From: Patescibacteria group bacterium
GTDB lineage: Bacteria; Patescibacteriota; UBA1384; DATEAH01
DNA length: 64,000 nucleotides
Direction of reading: 5' to 3'
Assembly (NCBI GenBank): GCA_035288465.1
Contig: DATEAH010000009.1
Location: forward strand, 11,951 to 75,950
The translations under genes and the position numbers were made by a program. The notes beneath the pieces are model-generated. The model searched no databases, was not told the origin of the DNA, and saw only the letters and a list, made by a program, of their open reading frames with translations. Shown here piece by piece: positions 18,869-28,347 of this stretch; the first letter of the stretch is position 1, and every line of letters starts with the position of its first letter.

Positions 18869-20458
18869 TTATTTTTCCTTTTTTAAGTGAAAAATTATTT
18901 CCGAATAAGGAGACTTGTCCCGTTCGGTTCTATTTAATACTGGTCGTTTAAATTGGTTTATAATTTTCATTCCAACTCGATCGGCAATTGTAGAATAAAG
19001 ATTGTATTTATCGTTTGCAACGATGAATACATCAAAATCATTAGCTAAAAATTTTCTACAATTAAGCAGAACTCTTGAAATTCCCTCAACATAAGATGCG
19101 CGCGCTTCCGTACTCTGACCTTTATAAAGCGGTCCTATCTCAAGCTCATCTCTGCGTTCAAATCCGAAAAGATCGTATGCATAAGCATGTTGCTCGTGAT
19201 AATCAATTTGACCAACATAGGGTGGTGAAGTAAAAATGCCATTGATTTTTTTCTTCTTTAAAACCTCGTAGAATTTTTTGTTTCTTTTTTTTACTTCTTC
19301 AAAAATATCCACCGTCCGAGAGTCTGCAGGAAGTATGGTATAATGTGCGTTTGTCTTTAGCTTTGTGAAGGTTCTGAGTCGATATACAGTATCAACTGCA
19401 TATCGATCGAACCACTCCTTTACTGAGAAAAGAGGCTTACAGATCTTTTTGTGTTTCCAGCAATAATAAGTTGTTATTTGCGGTTCTTTGAGGGTAGCTA
19501 AATCCGAGTGTGTCGTTGCGCGGCACGACCTTATCGTTCGACTCAAAATTATCGCTAATATCTTTTTATTCCTGACATCTTTTACTTTCTTGATTTGTTT
19601 AAATGCAAAATCAATTTCTTTGCGTATATTTTTAATATACCATTTGTCTAAGAAGTTTTTAGCGGAAAAATGATTTAATTCAATACCATATTTCTTAACG
19701 AGGCCGTTATAAATTTTCAAAAATTCTTTTTCTTTCTCTGTCGAGTATTTTTTTTCATCTATTTGTCTTCTTTGAACCTTATATTTGAATTCTGGACTTG
19801 GGAAGTATTTATTATTGAAATTTGTCATATGCATTAATAGCTCATTTTCAAAACTAGTAAGATTAATGTCAGCCTCGTAGTTTGTAATTGCTTGTCTTAT
19901 TTTTTCAACTTCGCTCTCAAGAGCTGGAAAATCATAATCGAGCAACTTTGTTTCTGTCATCATGCAATTAAAACGAGATATATCAATACCGATAGCATTT
20001 ATTCCCATTTCATGTGCTTGTACAAGTGTTGTTCCTGAACCGGAAAACGGATCAAGAACAATGTCGCCTGAATTAAAATAAACATCTTTTTTAAAATTGT
20101 CAGTATGGTTGTCAATAAAATATTGGACAAGTTGCGGAATAAACTTGCCTTTGTACGGATGCAAACGATGGACGTGCTTTGTCGTGTCCTTTTCTTTGAG
20201 GTGATCAAAGGACAATGCCCAATTCAAGTCATTACCAAGTCGTTTTTTCCAATCAATCTCTTGTTTTCCTCGATATGAATCATAATAATTTTTTAAATCG
20301 TTTAGATTAACAAAAATAGAAGCACCGCTATTGTGTTTTTTTATTTTCCCGTATTGAACTAAATACGAAATATTTGATTCGCTAATATCGCGCCTAAGGA
20401 AATCACTTGCCCAATGACTCGCTTCTTTAATTGTTAGAAGTTGTTTAGTTTGTTGCAT
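18869..20458 (-). CDS. Amino (probably N4-cytosine) DNA methyltransferase with N-terminal HTH-like extension
   Basis: HPYKGKFIPQL, motif I DPFSGSGTT, motif IV TSPPY. Confidence 0.88.
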   Translation of the reverse strand: MQQTKQLLTIKEASHWASDFLRRDISESNISYLVQYGKIKKHNSGASIFVNLNDLKNYYDSYRGKQEIDWKKRLGNDLNWALSFDHLKEKDTTKHVHRLHPYKGKFIPQLVQYFIDNHTDNFKKDVYFNSGDIVLDPFSGSGTTLVQAHEMGINAIGIDISRFNCMMTETKLLDYDFPALESEVEKIRQAITNYEADINLTSFENELLMHMTNFNNKYFPSPEFKYKVQRRQIDEKKYSTEKEKEFLKIYNGLVKKYGIELNHFSAKNFLDKWYIKNIRKEIDFAFKQIKKVKDVRNKKILAIILSRTIRSCRATTHSDLATLKEPQITTYYCWKHKKICKPLFSVKEWFDRYAVDTVYRLRTFTKLKTNAHYTILPADSRTVDIFEEVKKRNKKFYEVLKKKKINGIFTSPPYVGQIDYHEQHAYAYDLFGFERRDELEIGPLYKGQSTEARASYVEGISRVLLNCRKFLANDFDVFIVANDKYNLYSTIADRVGMKIINQFKRPVLNRTERDKSPYSEIIFHLKKEK

Positions 20459-20551
20459 GATTCCATTTTATCAAATCATCAATTAAAACGCCCAGCGCTT
20501 TGGCTATTTTTGAATGTTGAATTTTCAAATTATAAAAAATAAAATAATTTT

Positions 20552-20625
20552 TGGACCCAGCCGGATTCGAACCGGCGGCCTCATGCATGCCATGCATGCG
20601 CTCTAGCCAGCTGAGCTATGGGCCC
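20552..20625 (-). tRNA. tRNA-Ala(GGC), CCA not encoded
   Basis: GGGCCCA/TGGGTCC acceptor with G3:U70, CATGC-ATGGCAT-GCATG anticodon arm, GGTTCGAATCC T-arm. Confidence 0.97.
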
Positions 20626-20635
20626 AAATTTGTAA

Positions 20636-20770
20636 AAATCCTAAGCACGAAATCCTAAATCCTAAACAAACTCTAATGATCAAAATTTTAAATGTTTAAA
20701 ATCGGTTTTGAAAATTTGAATATTGGGATTTTGATATTGTTTAGAATTTAGATATTCGGATTTCGAATTT
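20636..20770. repeat. Heptamer-based imperfect palindrome, family B copy 2
   Basis: AAATCCTAAGCACGAAATCCTAAATCCTAAACAA ... TTGTTTAGAATTTAGATATTCGGATTTCGAATTT. Confidence 0.85.
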
Positions 20771-21133
20771 TCAACGAAGGTGTGGCCAAAAAATAATAAT
20801 CCCTACCACCAGTGAAACGATAGACCACAATAAAACAAAACCGGCCATCATGTCTTTAATAATTTTAACGTCTAAATCATTTGAGGGATGAAAACGATCC
20901 AAGGTAAATTCGACTAAAGTGTTTAAGATTTCCGCCGCAATCGTTGATGTCACAAAAAGCAAAAGAATTAATTCCTTATTAAATTCCAATTGATAATACC
21001 AGGCTAAAAACATTACCAATATCCCGACTACCAGCATAATCCATAAATTTTGTTCAGTGACTAGCGATCGCCACAAACCAGACCAGGCGTAAAAAAAGCT
21101 TCCTTTAAATCTTTCCCAGCTTGAAAAAATCAT
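20771..21133 (-). CDS. Diacylglycerol/undecaprenol kinase family (DgkA-like)
   Basis: SFFYAWSGL...EQN...AEILNTLVE..LD...IKDMMAG. Confidence 0.88.
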   Translation of the reverse strand: MIFSSWERFKGSFFYAWSGLWRSLVTEQNLWIMLVVGILVMFLAWYYQLEFNKELILLLFVTSTIAAEILNTLVEFTLDRFHPSNDLDVKIIKDMMAGFVLLWSIVSLVVGIIIFWPHLR

Positions 21134-21181
21134 TTTCCCTCCTCCTAATTTTACCCAATTTGTACCTAAAAATCAATAAAT

Positions 21182-22498
21182 TTATATATTTTTAATAAAT
21201 TTTTCCGCTTCAACTTTAGTTTTTACTTTTTCTTCGAGCTGCGCATCCATTAAAGCTTCCATAATTTTTCCTACCTCAGGGCCAGATTCAATTTTTAAAA
21301 TTTTCATAATCTGATTACCATTTAATAGTGGAATAGGTGGTTGTGGTTTTTTCAATTCTGCCTGATATAATTTTAAAGAATAATTATACAAGGTTAAATC
21401 TTCAGGCATTGATCCTTGGCCATCAGCTTTCCAAACCGCCAATAAGTCGTGAATCCAAGGATGCCTTGCCCAGCGGATTTGTTTGGCCAATTTCATTTGC
21501 ATAATATCTTTGTGGCGTAAATGTTCGCGTACCAAAAAAACCACTTTTTCAGAAAATTTTCGTGGAAATTTTAACCTTTTCATAATCTTTTCTGTCATTT
21601 GCGCTGATAATTTAACATGGCCATAAAAAGTGATTCTTTTGCCATATTTTGGGTGTTCGCGGATTTTCCAGGTTTGCGGTTTGCCAATATCATGCAGTAA
21701 AACTGCCCAAATCACCGATAATTTTGCCTGGGCTGGAATTTTTTTCAATGATAAAATCGTATGAATCCAAACATCGCCTTCAGCATGAAAATTATTAGGC
21801 TGTGTTGAACCTTTGCCGTTTTCAAGCTCTGGCAAAAGATGATTTAAAATTTCTAATTTTGACAAATCTTCAATACTTTTAGTTCTGGAAGGATTTTTGA
21901 GCATTTTATTCAATTCATCTCGAATTCTCTCGGCAGATACCGAAATTACCAATTTCGCATTTTTACGAAGCGCTTTTTCGGTTTCTGGATCAAATTTAAA
22001 ACCCAAAGCATTTTTAAAACGAACCGCGCGCAAGATTCGCAAATGATCTTCGCCAATTCTTTTTTCGGGATTGCCAATAAATCGCAAGATCTTATTCTTA
22101 ATATCTTTTTGCCCGTCAACCCAATCGATTACTTTATTTGAAAGAGGATCATACAAAAGGGCATTAACCGTAAAATCTCGGCGTTTAACATCTTCTTCGG
22201 CGGTTGCCCAGGAGACTTGGGATGGTCGGCGAGAATCACGATAATCCGCTTCGGTGCGAAAGGTGGCGACTTCAAATTGATGTTTATTTTTGATCACCAA
22301 AATCACCCCAAATTTTTTCCCCACCGCCACGGTTTTAGAAAATAGTTTTTCGACTTCGTCGGGTTTTGCCGAGGTGACAATATCAAAATCATGGGGAGTT
22401 TTACCCATGACAATATCTCGTACGCACCCGCCAACCCAATAGACTTCGTGTCCGGCATTTTTGAGTTTTTTGACAATTTCCAAGGCTGTTTTTTTCAT
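21182..22498 (-). CDS. cca: CCA tRNA nucleotidyltransferase with HD region
   Basis: VGGCVRD...DFDIVT, EVATFR, RRDFTVNA, EDHLRILRAVRF, HAEGDVWIH, LLHDIGK. Confidence 0.93.
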   Translation of the reverse strand: MKKTALEIVKKLKNAGHEVYWVGGCVRDIVMGKTPHDFDIVTSAKPDEVEKLFSKTVAVGKKFGVILVIKNKHQFEVATFRTEADYRDSRRPSQVSWATAEEDVKRRDFTVNALLYDPLSNKVIDWVDGQKDIKNKILRFIGNPEKRIGEDHLRILRAVRFKNALGFKFDPETEKALRKNAKLVISVSAERIRDELNKMLKNPSRTKSIEDLSKLEILNHLLPELENGKGSTQPNNFHAEGDVWIHTILSLKKIPAQAKLSVIWAVLLHDIGKPQTWKIREHPKYGKRITFYGHVKLSAQMTEKIMKRLKFPRKFSEKVVFLVREHLRHKDIMQMKLAKQIRWARHPWIHDLLAVWKADGQGSMPEDLTLYNYSLKLYQAELKKPQPPIPLLNGNQIMKILKIESGPEVGKIMEALMDAQLEEKVKTKVEAEKFIKNI

Positions 22499-22585
22499 AA
22501 TTAATTTAATATTAGCATGAATTCCGCTAAAAATGAAGCTTTGACGAATCCGCTCCGGTTTGATATTGTGGAGAAAGGAGGTAAA

Positions 22586-24367
22586 ATGTCTAAAAAATTT
22601 ACTTATGAGACTATCAAAAAATCAAAAAAAGACTTAAAAATTGAGCCAAATCTACCAGATTATGACAAGACCCATCAAACTTGGGATTGGAAGAAGGCTG
22701 AAAAAGCCCTAACTTGGTTTCCGGGCCACAAAATCAACGCTGCTTACAATGCCATTGACCGGCATGCCGAAGGTGAACGTAAAAACAAAGTGGCACTTTA
22801 CTGGATGGGCGAAGACGGCACCAAAAAGGAATTCACTTTTTGGGAGATGCAGAATTTATCAAACCAAGTCGCTAATATCTTAAAAAATCATGGACTCGAA
22901 AAAGGCGAACGAGTTTTCCTATTTTTACCCAGAAATCCCGAACTTTATTTTAGCTTTTTGGGAGTGATTAAAACTGGCGCCATTGCCGGCACCATGTTTC
23001 AGGCCTTTGGACCCGAAGGGATACGCGACCGTTTGCAAAATTCCGGCGCCAAATTTTTAATCACCACCAGCGAAATGGTCAAACGCGTTTACAAAATTAA
23101 AAAAGATCTTCCAAATTTAGAAAAAATCTTTTTAACTGATGTCAAACCTGGCCAAAAACTCAAAAAAGGCGAAGTCGACTTTCAAAAAGAAATGAAATCA
23201 GCCTCAGTTGAGTTTAAAGTCGTGGAAATGAAACCCGAAGATTACGCCTTTATGCTTTATACTTCAGGCACCACTGGCAAACCCAAAGGCGTGGTACATA
23301 GGCACTTAGCTATTTTACAGGAACATTTTACCGCCAAGTGGGTTTTAGACATTCATGATTCTGATATTTATTGGTGCACGGCTGATCCGGGCTGGGTGAC
23401 CGGCATCGCTTATGAAATTTTAGGGGTTTGGTCAATTGGTGCCTCGTCAGTGGTTTATGATGGCAGATTTGATCCGGCAACTTGGTATCAGATTTTGCAG
23501 GATTATGAAGTCACAGTTTGGTATACCGCGCCAACCGCAATTCGCATGTTGGCAAAATCTGGCACTGATTTGGTCAAAAAATATGATTTATCCCATTTGC
23601 GCTATATGGCTTCGGTGGGTGAACCTTTAAATCCTGAACCGATTAAATGGGGCATGAAAGCTTTTGGTTTGCCATTTCATGATAACTGGTGGCAGACCGA
23701 GATTGGCGGCATTTCCATTGCCAATTACCCAACCATGGACATCCGTTTAGGTTCAATGGGCAAGCCAATTCCTGGCGTCTTTGCCACCATTTTGTCGGAT
23801 GATGGCAAGGAATTGCCAAATTTGCATGAAGGCAATTTAGTTTTAAAGCCGGCTTTTCCGTCGCTCATGAAAGCCATTTGGCGCCGTCCCGGCAAATTTA
23901 AATCTTATTTTATGAAGGGGCTGGCTGGCCACGAGCGGGGAGTCGAGTGGTATATTACCGGCGACCGTGCCTTCAAAGACAAAGACGGTTATTTTTGGTT
24001 TATTGGTCGTGCTGACGATGTCATTAAAACTGCCGGCGAAAGAGTTGGTCCGTTTGAAGTCGAATCTGCCTTAATTGACACCGGCAAAGTCATTGAAGCA
24101 GGCGTCATCGGCAAGCCAGATCCAGAACGTGGCGAAATTATCAAAGCCTTTTGTATATTGCGGCAAGGCGTGACCCCATCTGAAAAATTGAAAACAGAAC
24201 TCTCAGAATATGTCAAAAAACATTTAGCCGGCCACGCCTACCCCAAAGAAATTGAATTTGTCGAAACTTTACCAAAAACCCGCTCAGGCAAAATTATGCG
24301 ACGTGTTTTAAAAGCCAAAGAACTCGGTTTACCGGTTGGCGACACCTCGACACTTGAAGAGTATTAA
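22586..24367 (+). CDS. acsA: Acetyl-CoA synthetase (acetate--CoA ligase)
   Basis: YTSGTTGKPKGV, WCTADPGWVTG, SVGEPLN, DNWWQTE, LPKTRSGKIMRR; AAGGAGGT RBS before ATG 22586. Confidence 0.93.
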   Translation: MSKKFTYETIKKSKKDLKIEPNLPDYDKTHQTWDWKKAEKALTWFPGHKINAAYNAIDRHAEGERKNKVALYWMGEDGTKKEFTFWEMQNLSNQVANILKNHGLEKGERVFLFLPRNPELYFSFLGVIKTGAIAGTMFQAFGPEGIRDRLQNSGAKFLITTSEMVKRVYKIKKDLPNLEKIFLTDVKPGQKLKKGEVDFQKEMKSASVEFKVVEMKPEDYAFMLYTSGTTGKPKGVVHRHLAILQEHFTAKWVLDIHDSDIYWCTADPGWVTGIAYEILGVWSIGASSVVYDGRFDPATWYQILQDYEVTVWYTAPTAIRMLAKSGTDLVKKYDLSHLRYMASVGEPLNPEPIKWGMKAFGLPFHDNWWQTEIGGISIANYPTMDIRLGSMGKPIPGVFATILSDDGKELPNLHEGNLVLKPAFPSLMKAIWRRPGKFKSYFMKGLAGHERGVEWYITGDRAFKDKDGYFWFIGRADDVIKTAGERVGPFEVESALIDTGKVIEAGVIGKPDPERGEIIKAFCILRQGVTPSEKLKTELSEYVKKHLAGHAYPKEIEFVETLPKTRSGKIMRRVLKAKELGLPVGDTSTLEEY

Positions 24368-24400
24368 ATCGCCTCATCGGCGATCCGCCAGAGAGGCGGA
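24368..24400. repeat. Two small tandem GC hairpins (REP-like) after acsA
   Basis: ATCGCC-tcatc-GGCGAT and TCCGCC-agaga-GGCGGA. Confidence 0.4.
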
Positions 24401-24509
24401 ATATACAAAAAAGCTTCTGGAAAACTTGAATCTATAACCTAGGAGCTTTTTTTATTGGCAAAAATTTCGAATTATGGTATAATTTTGATATTAGTAAGGA
24501 ATTAAAATA

Positions 24510-25124
24510 ATGGAAAAATTAAAATTAGCGGTTTTAATCGGCCGTGGTGGCAGGTTAGAAGCCCTCTATAATAATTGCCAAAAATCAGGACTTGCAGAAA
24601 TCGTGGCGGTAATTTCACATAAAAAAGAATCACCCGGGATTGAGTGGGCAAAAAAGCAGGGGATTGAGGCTTTTTATTTTCGCTGGTCAGATTTCAAAAT
24701 CAACAATAATAACCGTTGCGCTTTTGACACCGAATTAGCTAAAAAATTACAAAAATCAAACCCAGACCTAATTGTTATGGCTGGCTGGGATTTGATAATT
24801 CACGACGAACTAATCTCCAAATTTCCCAATAAAGTTATCAATATTCATCCCGCCTTATGTCCCGCATTTCCCGGTACGGAAGCCGAAAAACAAGCTTTAG
24901 ACTATGGCGTGCAATTTACCGGCTGCACAGTTCATTTTGTGACCGATGAAGGCGTTGATACTGGACCAATCATTCAGCAAGCGGTGGTTAAAATCGAAAA
25001 AGGCGAAACCGTTGAATCATTACAAGCCAAAATTCACCAAGGCGAAGATGAAATATTAGCCGAGGCTGTCAAATTAATTGCCCTCAAAAAAATAAAAATC
25101 TCCGGTCGCAGAGTGGAGATTTAA
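24510..25124 (+). CDS. purN: Phosphoribosylglycinamide formyltransferase-like protein
   Basis: INIHPALCPAFPG, GCTVHFV...VDTGPII.Q catalytic motifs. Confidence 0.85.
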   Translation: MEKLKLAVLIGRGGRLEALYNNCQKSGLAEIVAVISHKKESPGIEWAKKQGIEAFYFRWSDFKINNNNRCAFDTELAKKLQKSNPDLIVMAGWDLIIHDELISKFPNKVINIHPALCPAFPGTEAEKQALDYGVQFTGCTVHFVTDEGVDTGPIIQQAVVKIEKGETVESLQAKIHQGEDEILAEAVKLIALKKIKISGRRVEI

Positions 25125-25170
25125 AAATTACCAAAACTCAATAAAATTATGCTCGAACCCTTATCGGGAT

Positions 25171-26751
25171 TTAATTTTTATTTAGGCTAGAAAGCAGGCT
25201 TTTGCCGGTCATTTCCGCCGGAATCGCTAAGCCTAAAAGTTCTAAAATTGTGGGTGCAATATCGGCCAAATTATAATCAGAACCCATCATTGCCGAGATT
25301 ATTGAGCCTCGATCAACTTGTTGCATCAGACTATGTTGGTCAAGGCGGTTGTCTGGATTAATTAAAATAAATGGCACCGGATTAGTGGTATGAAAATTTT
25401 TTAATTGACCGGTAAAACTGCTAATTTTGCCCATTTCTTCGGCTAAACCATGATCAGCAGTCAGAATCGCACAACCGCCCACGCTAAGGGTTTTTTCGAC
25501 AATTTCCGCAATTGCAATATCAACATATTTAACCGCCGTTTCCACAACTTGGGAATTTCCGGTATGTCCGCAAATATCAACATTTGGTAAATTCGTCACA
25601 ATTAGATTAAAATTGCCCTGCACAATTTTAGAAACTACCATATTTTTAACGTCATATAACCTTAATTGTGGTGATTTGTTAATATCATGGCTGGTGTATG
25701 ATTTGAGAATAAAATTTTCTTCACCTGTGAATTTTGAATGTGAATAGCCGTTAAAATCATATATTAAATTCTTTTCTTTGTAGCTTTCCGTGATTTTAGC
25801 AATTTTTAAATTATTTTTAGAAATCACCTCGCTAAGGGTAGGGCTAACTTTGGGGGTGGTAAAAATCGGTTGAGTTTTGAGATGGGAATAATCAGTCAGG
25901 GTATAAATATTTTTATTATAATTAGAAATAATATTGATATATTCGGAAATATCTCGGCCATTAAAATTAAAAAATATGATCGAATCGTCAGGTTTGATGC
26001 GACTCAATTCAGGATCAAAATTTAACATTAAAGTTGGCGAAAAATCAGCATCACCAACATGATTCTGATAAGAATTTTTAATCGCCTGCAGAGGATTGGG
26101 GGAAGTCGGAATTTTATTTGTTTCAAAAAGAGCTCGAGCCGAGATTCTAATTTGTCGCAAATCAGCATCGCCATCCTCAATCCAGCCTCGTCCAGTTAAG
26201 GTGGCAATTTTTCCCAAATTTTGGCTTTCCAGCGTTTTTTCTAACCAATCAATCGTGCCAATGCCGGCATTGTGATTGGTGTCAACGCCATCCAAAATCC
26301 CGTGCAAATAAACGTTTTTTACCCCTTTATTTTTAAAATAATTAAGTAAGGCCTGTAAATGAGTTAATTCAGCCACCGAATGAGCTTTGGTAATCATGCC
26401 CACCAAATGTAAATTTGTTTTGGCATTAAAAATATTTAAAGCAATTTTGTGCAAAATTTGGTTTTGATAAAATTCACCGCTTTTAATCTGGCTGGAGATA
26501 ATCCCCGAAATCGGCAAAACTAATCGTCCCGCACCAATTATAGTATGGCAGATTTCAGAATCAGGGTATGTGTCTCGATCACTCGAGACCATCGCTAATG
26601 ATTTTAATGATTGATGGGGATAATTTCGCCAATAATAATTAAAATTTCTCGGCTGTCCCGAAGCAATAAAATTACCGCTCCAAGAAGGAGTTAAGCCCCA
26701 GCCGTCTAAAATAATTAGCACAATTGGTTTATAAAGAGATTTTTGATTCAT
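25171..26751 (-). CDS. Divergent 2,3-BPG-independent phosphoglycerate mutase paralogue
   Basis: ILDGWG, SEICH, NVDICGHTG, TADHG, HTTNPVP retained; substrate-binding Arg motifs altered. Confidence 0.85.
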   Translation of the reverse strand: MNQKSLYKPIVLIILDGWGLTPSWSGNFIASGQPRNFNYYWRNYPHQSLKSLAMVSSDRDTYPDSEICHTIIGAGRLVLPISGIISSQIKSGEFYQNQILHKIALNIFNAKTNLHLVGMITKAHSVAELTHLQALLNYFKNKGVKNVYLHGILDGVDTNHNAGIGTIDWLEKTLESQNLGKIATLTGRGWIEDGDADLRQIRISARALFETNKIPTSPNPLQAIKNSYQNHVGDADFSPTLMLNFDPELSRIKPDDSIIFFNFNGRDISEYINIISNYNKNIYTLTDYSHLKTQPIFTTPKVSPTLSEVISKNNLKIAKITESYKEKNLIYDFNGYSHSKFTGEENFILKSYTSHDINKSPQLRLYDVKNMVVSKIVQGNFNLIVTNLPNVDICGHTGNSQVVETAVKYVDIAIAEIVEKTLSVGGCAILTADHGLAEEMGKISSFTGQLKNFHTTNPVPFILINPDNRLDQHSLMQQVDRGSIISAMMGSDYNLADIAPTILELLGLAIPAEMTGKSLLSSLNKN

Positions 26752-26760
26752 AAAATTAAA

Positions 26761-28329
26761 TTATGTCGTAGTTGGTAAACCATGATAATGATTTTGGGCA
26801 AATAAACTATTTTCCATTTCTTGAGGTTTTGGAATATCTAAAATTTCCAAAATTGTGGGCGCAATATTTGCCAAACGCCCAGGATGAAGGTTTTGATATT
26901 TTCTCACATCGTCAATGATAATAAAGGGGACATCAGAAGTGCTGTGCTCGGTTTCAGGTTCTGAAGTTTTTGGGTTTAACATTTGTTCGGCATTGCCATG
27001 GTCGCCGGTGATGATCGTGACCCCTTTATGGCGCTTCATTTCATTCACAAAACTGCCCACGATTTTATCTAAATAAGTAACTGCCGCAATAGTTGCCTGC
27101 ATGTTGCCGGTGTGGCCAACCATATCCGCATTGGCAAAATTAATTACCATAAAATCAAATTTATTTAAATTTTCAATTGCTGTTTGGGCAATTTCGGCCG
27201 CAGACATTTCGGGTTGAAGATCGTAAGTAGATATTTTTTGGGAGGGGATTAGAATTCTTTTTTCTCCAGGAAATGGGTTTTCCCTGCCACCATTAAAAAA
27301 ATAAGTAATATGGGCGTATTTTTCAGTTTCTGCCAAATGCAGTTGCGTGAGATTATTGTTCGATAAAATTTCCGCTAAACAATTTTTAACTTCAGCCGGG
27401 ACAGGAAAGGCTACTTTTATATCTAATGAATTCTCGTATTCATAAGGCACTAAGCTGGCAAAATAACACTTTTTAAGTTTTTTGGTATGAAATTCTTTAA
27501 ATTTGGGATCGCAAATGCTCCGCACGATTTGTCTCATTCGATCAGCACGAAAATTAAAAAATAAAACTGCATCGCCATCTTTAATTTGACCGGCTGGTTG
27601 ATTTTTAGCTTCAATACTGGTCGGTTCAATAAATTCATCAGTTTTACCAGCAGCATAATTTGCGCTCACCGCTTTTCGGGCATCGCTTGACACCGCGCTT
27701 TTGCCTTCGACAATCACTCGATATTCTCTTTCGGTTCTTTCCCATCTTTTATCGCGATCCATCGCATAATATCTGCCACCAATACTCGCAATTCTGCCCA
27801 CCTTAGTTTGGTTAATTTTATCAGTCAATTTGGCAATAAACGAAATTGCGGCGGTCGTTGGAGTGTCGCGACCATCGCAAAAAGCATGAATAAATACTGA
27901 ATCTAATTCTTTTTGCTGGGCATAATCCAATAATGAAAACAAATGATTAATATGAGAATGGACACCGCCATCCGAAACTAAACCCACGAAATGTAAAGAA
28001 GAGTTATGTTTTTTCGTCCAATCAAAAGCGGCATTAATGACGGGATTTTTAAAAAAACTCCCATCGCTAATTGATTGGTTAATTCTCGAAATGTCCTGTT
28101 TTAAAACCCGACCTGTGCCAATACTCAAATGGCCAACTTCGGAATTGCCCATTTCCTGGCCCGGTAAGCCGACATTATCACCCGAAGCTTTTAATTGAGT
28201 ATGAGGGTAAATAGACCAATAACGGTTCATGTTTGAAGTTTCAGCCAATGAAATTGCATTACCACCCCAAGAAGGGCTGATTCCCCAGCCATCCAAAATT
28301 ACCAAAGCAAATGGTGATATTTTCTTCAT
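26761..28329 (-). CDS. gpmI: 2,3-bisphosphoglycerate-independent phosphoglycerate mutase
   Basis: MGNSEVGH, SDGGVHSH, DGRD, GRYYAMDRD, NFRADR, AETEKYAH, NADMVGH, GDHGNAE. Confidence 0.97.
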   Translation of the reverse strand: MKKISPFALVILDGWGISPSWGGNAISLAETSNMNRYWSIYPHTQLKASGDNVGLPGQEMGNSEVGHLSIGTGRVLKQDISRINQSISDGSFFKNPVINAAFDWTKKHNSSLHFVGLVSDGGVHSHINHLFSLLDYAQQKELDSVFIHAFCDGRDTPTTAAISFIAKLTDKINQTKVGRIASIGGRYYAMDRDKRWERTEREYRVIVEGKSAVSSDARKAVSANYAAGKTDEFIEPTSIEAKNQPAGQIKDGDAVLFFNFRADRMRQIVRSICDPKFKEFHTKKLKKCYFASLVPYEYENSLDIKVAFPVPAEVKNCLAEILSNNNLTQLHLAETEKYAHITYFFNGGRENPFPGEKRILIPSQKISTYDLQPEMSAAEIAQTAIENLNKFDFMVINFANADMVGHTGNMQATIAAVTYLDKIVGSFVNEMKRHKGVTIITGDHGNAEQMLNPKTSEPETEHSTSDVPFIIIDDVRKYQNLHPGRLANIAPTILEILDIPKPQEMENSLFAQNHYHGLPTTT

Positions 28330-28347
28330 AATAAAATCTCATTAAAT

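Noticed and set aside
18000-20552. tRNA-anchored integrative island around the R-M genes
   Set aside because: No duplicated tRNA 3' end or integrase seen
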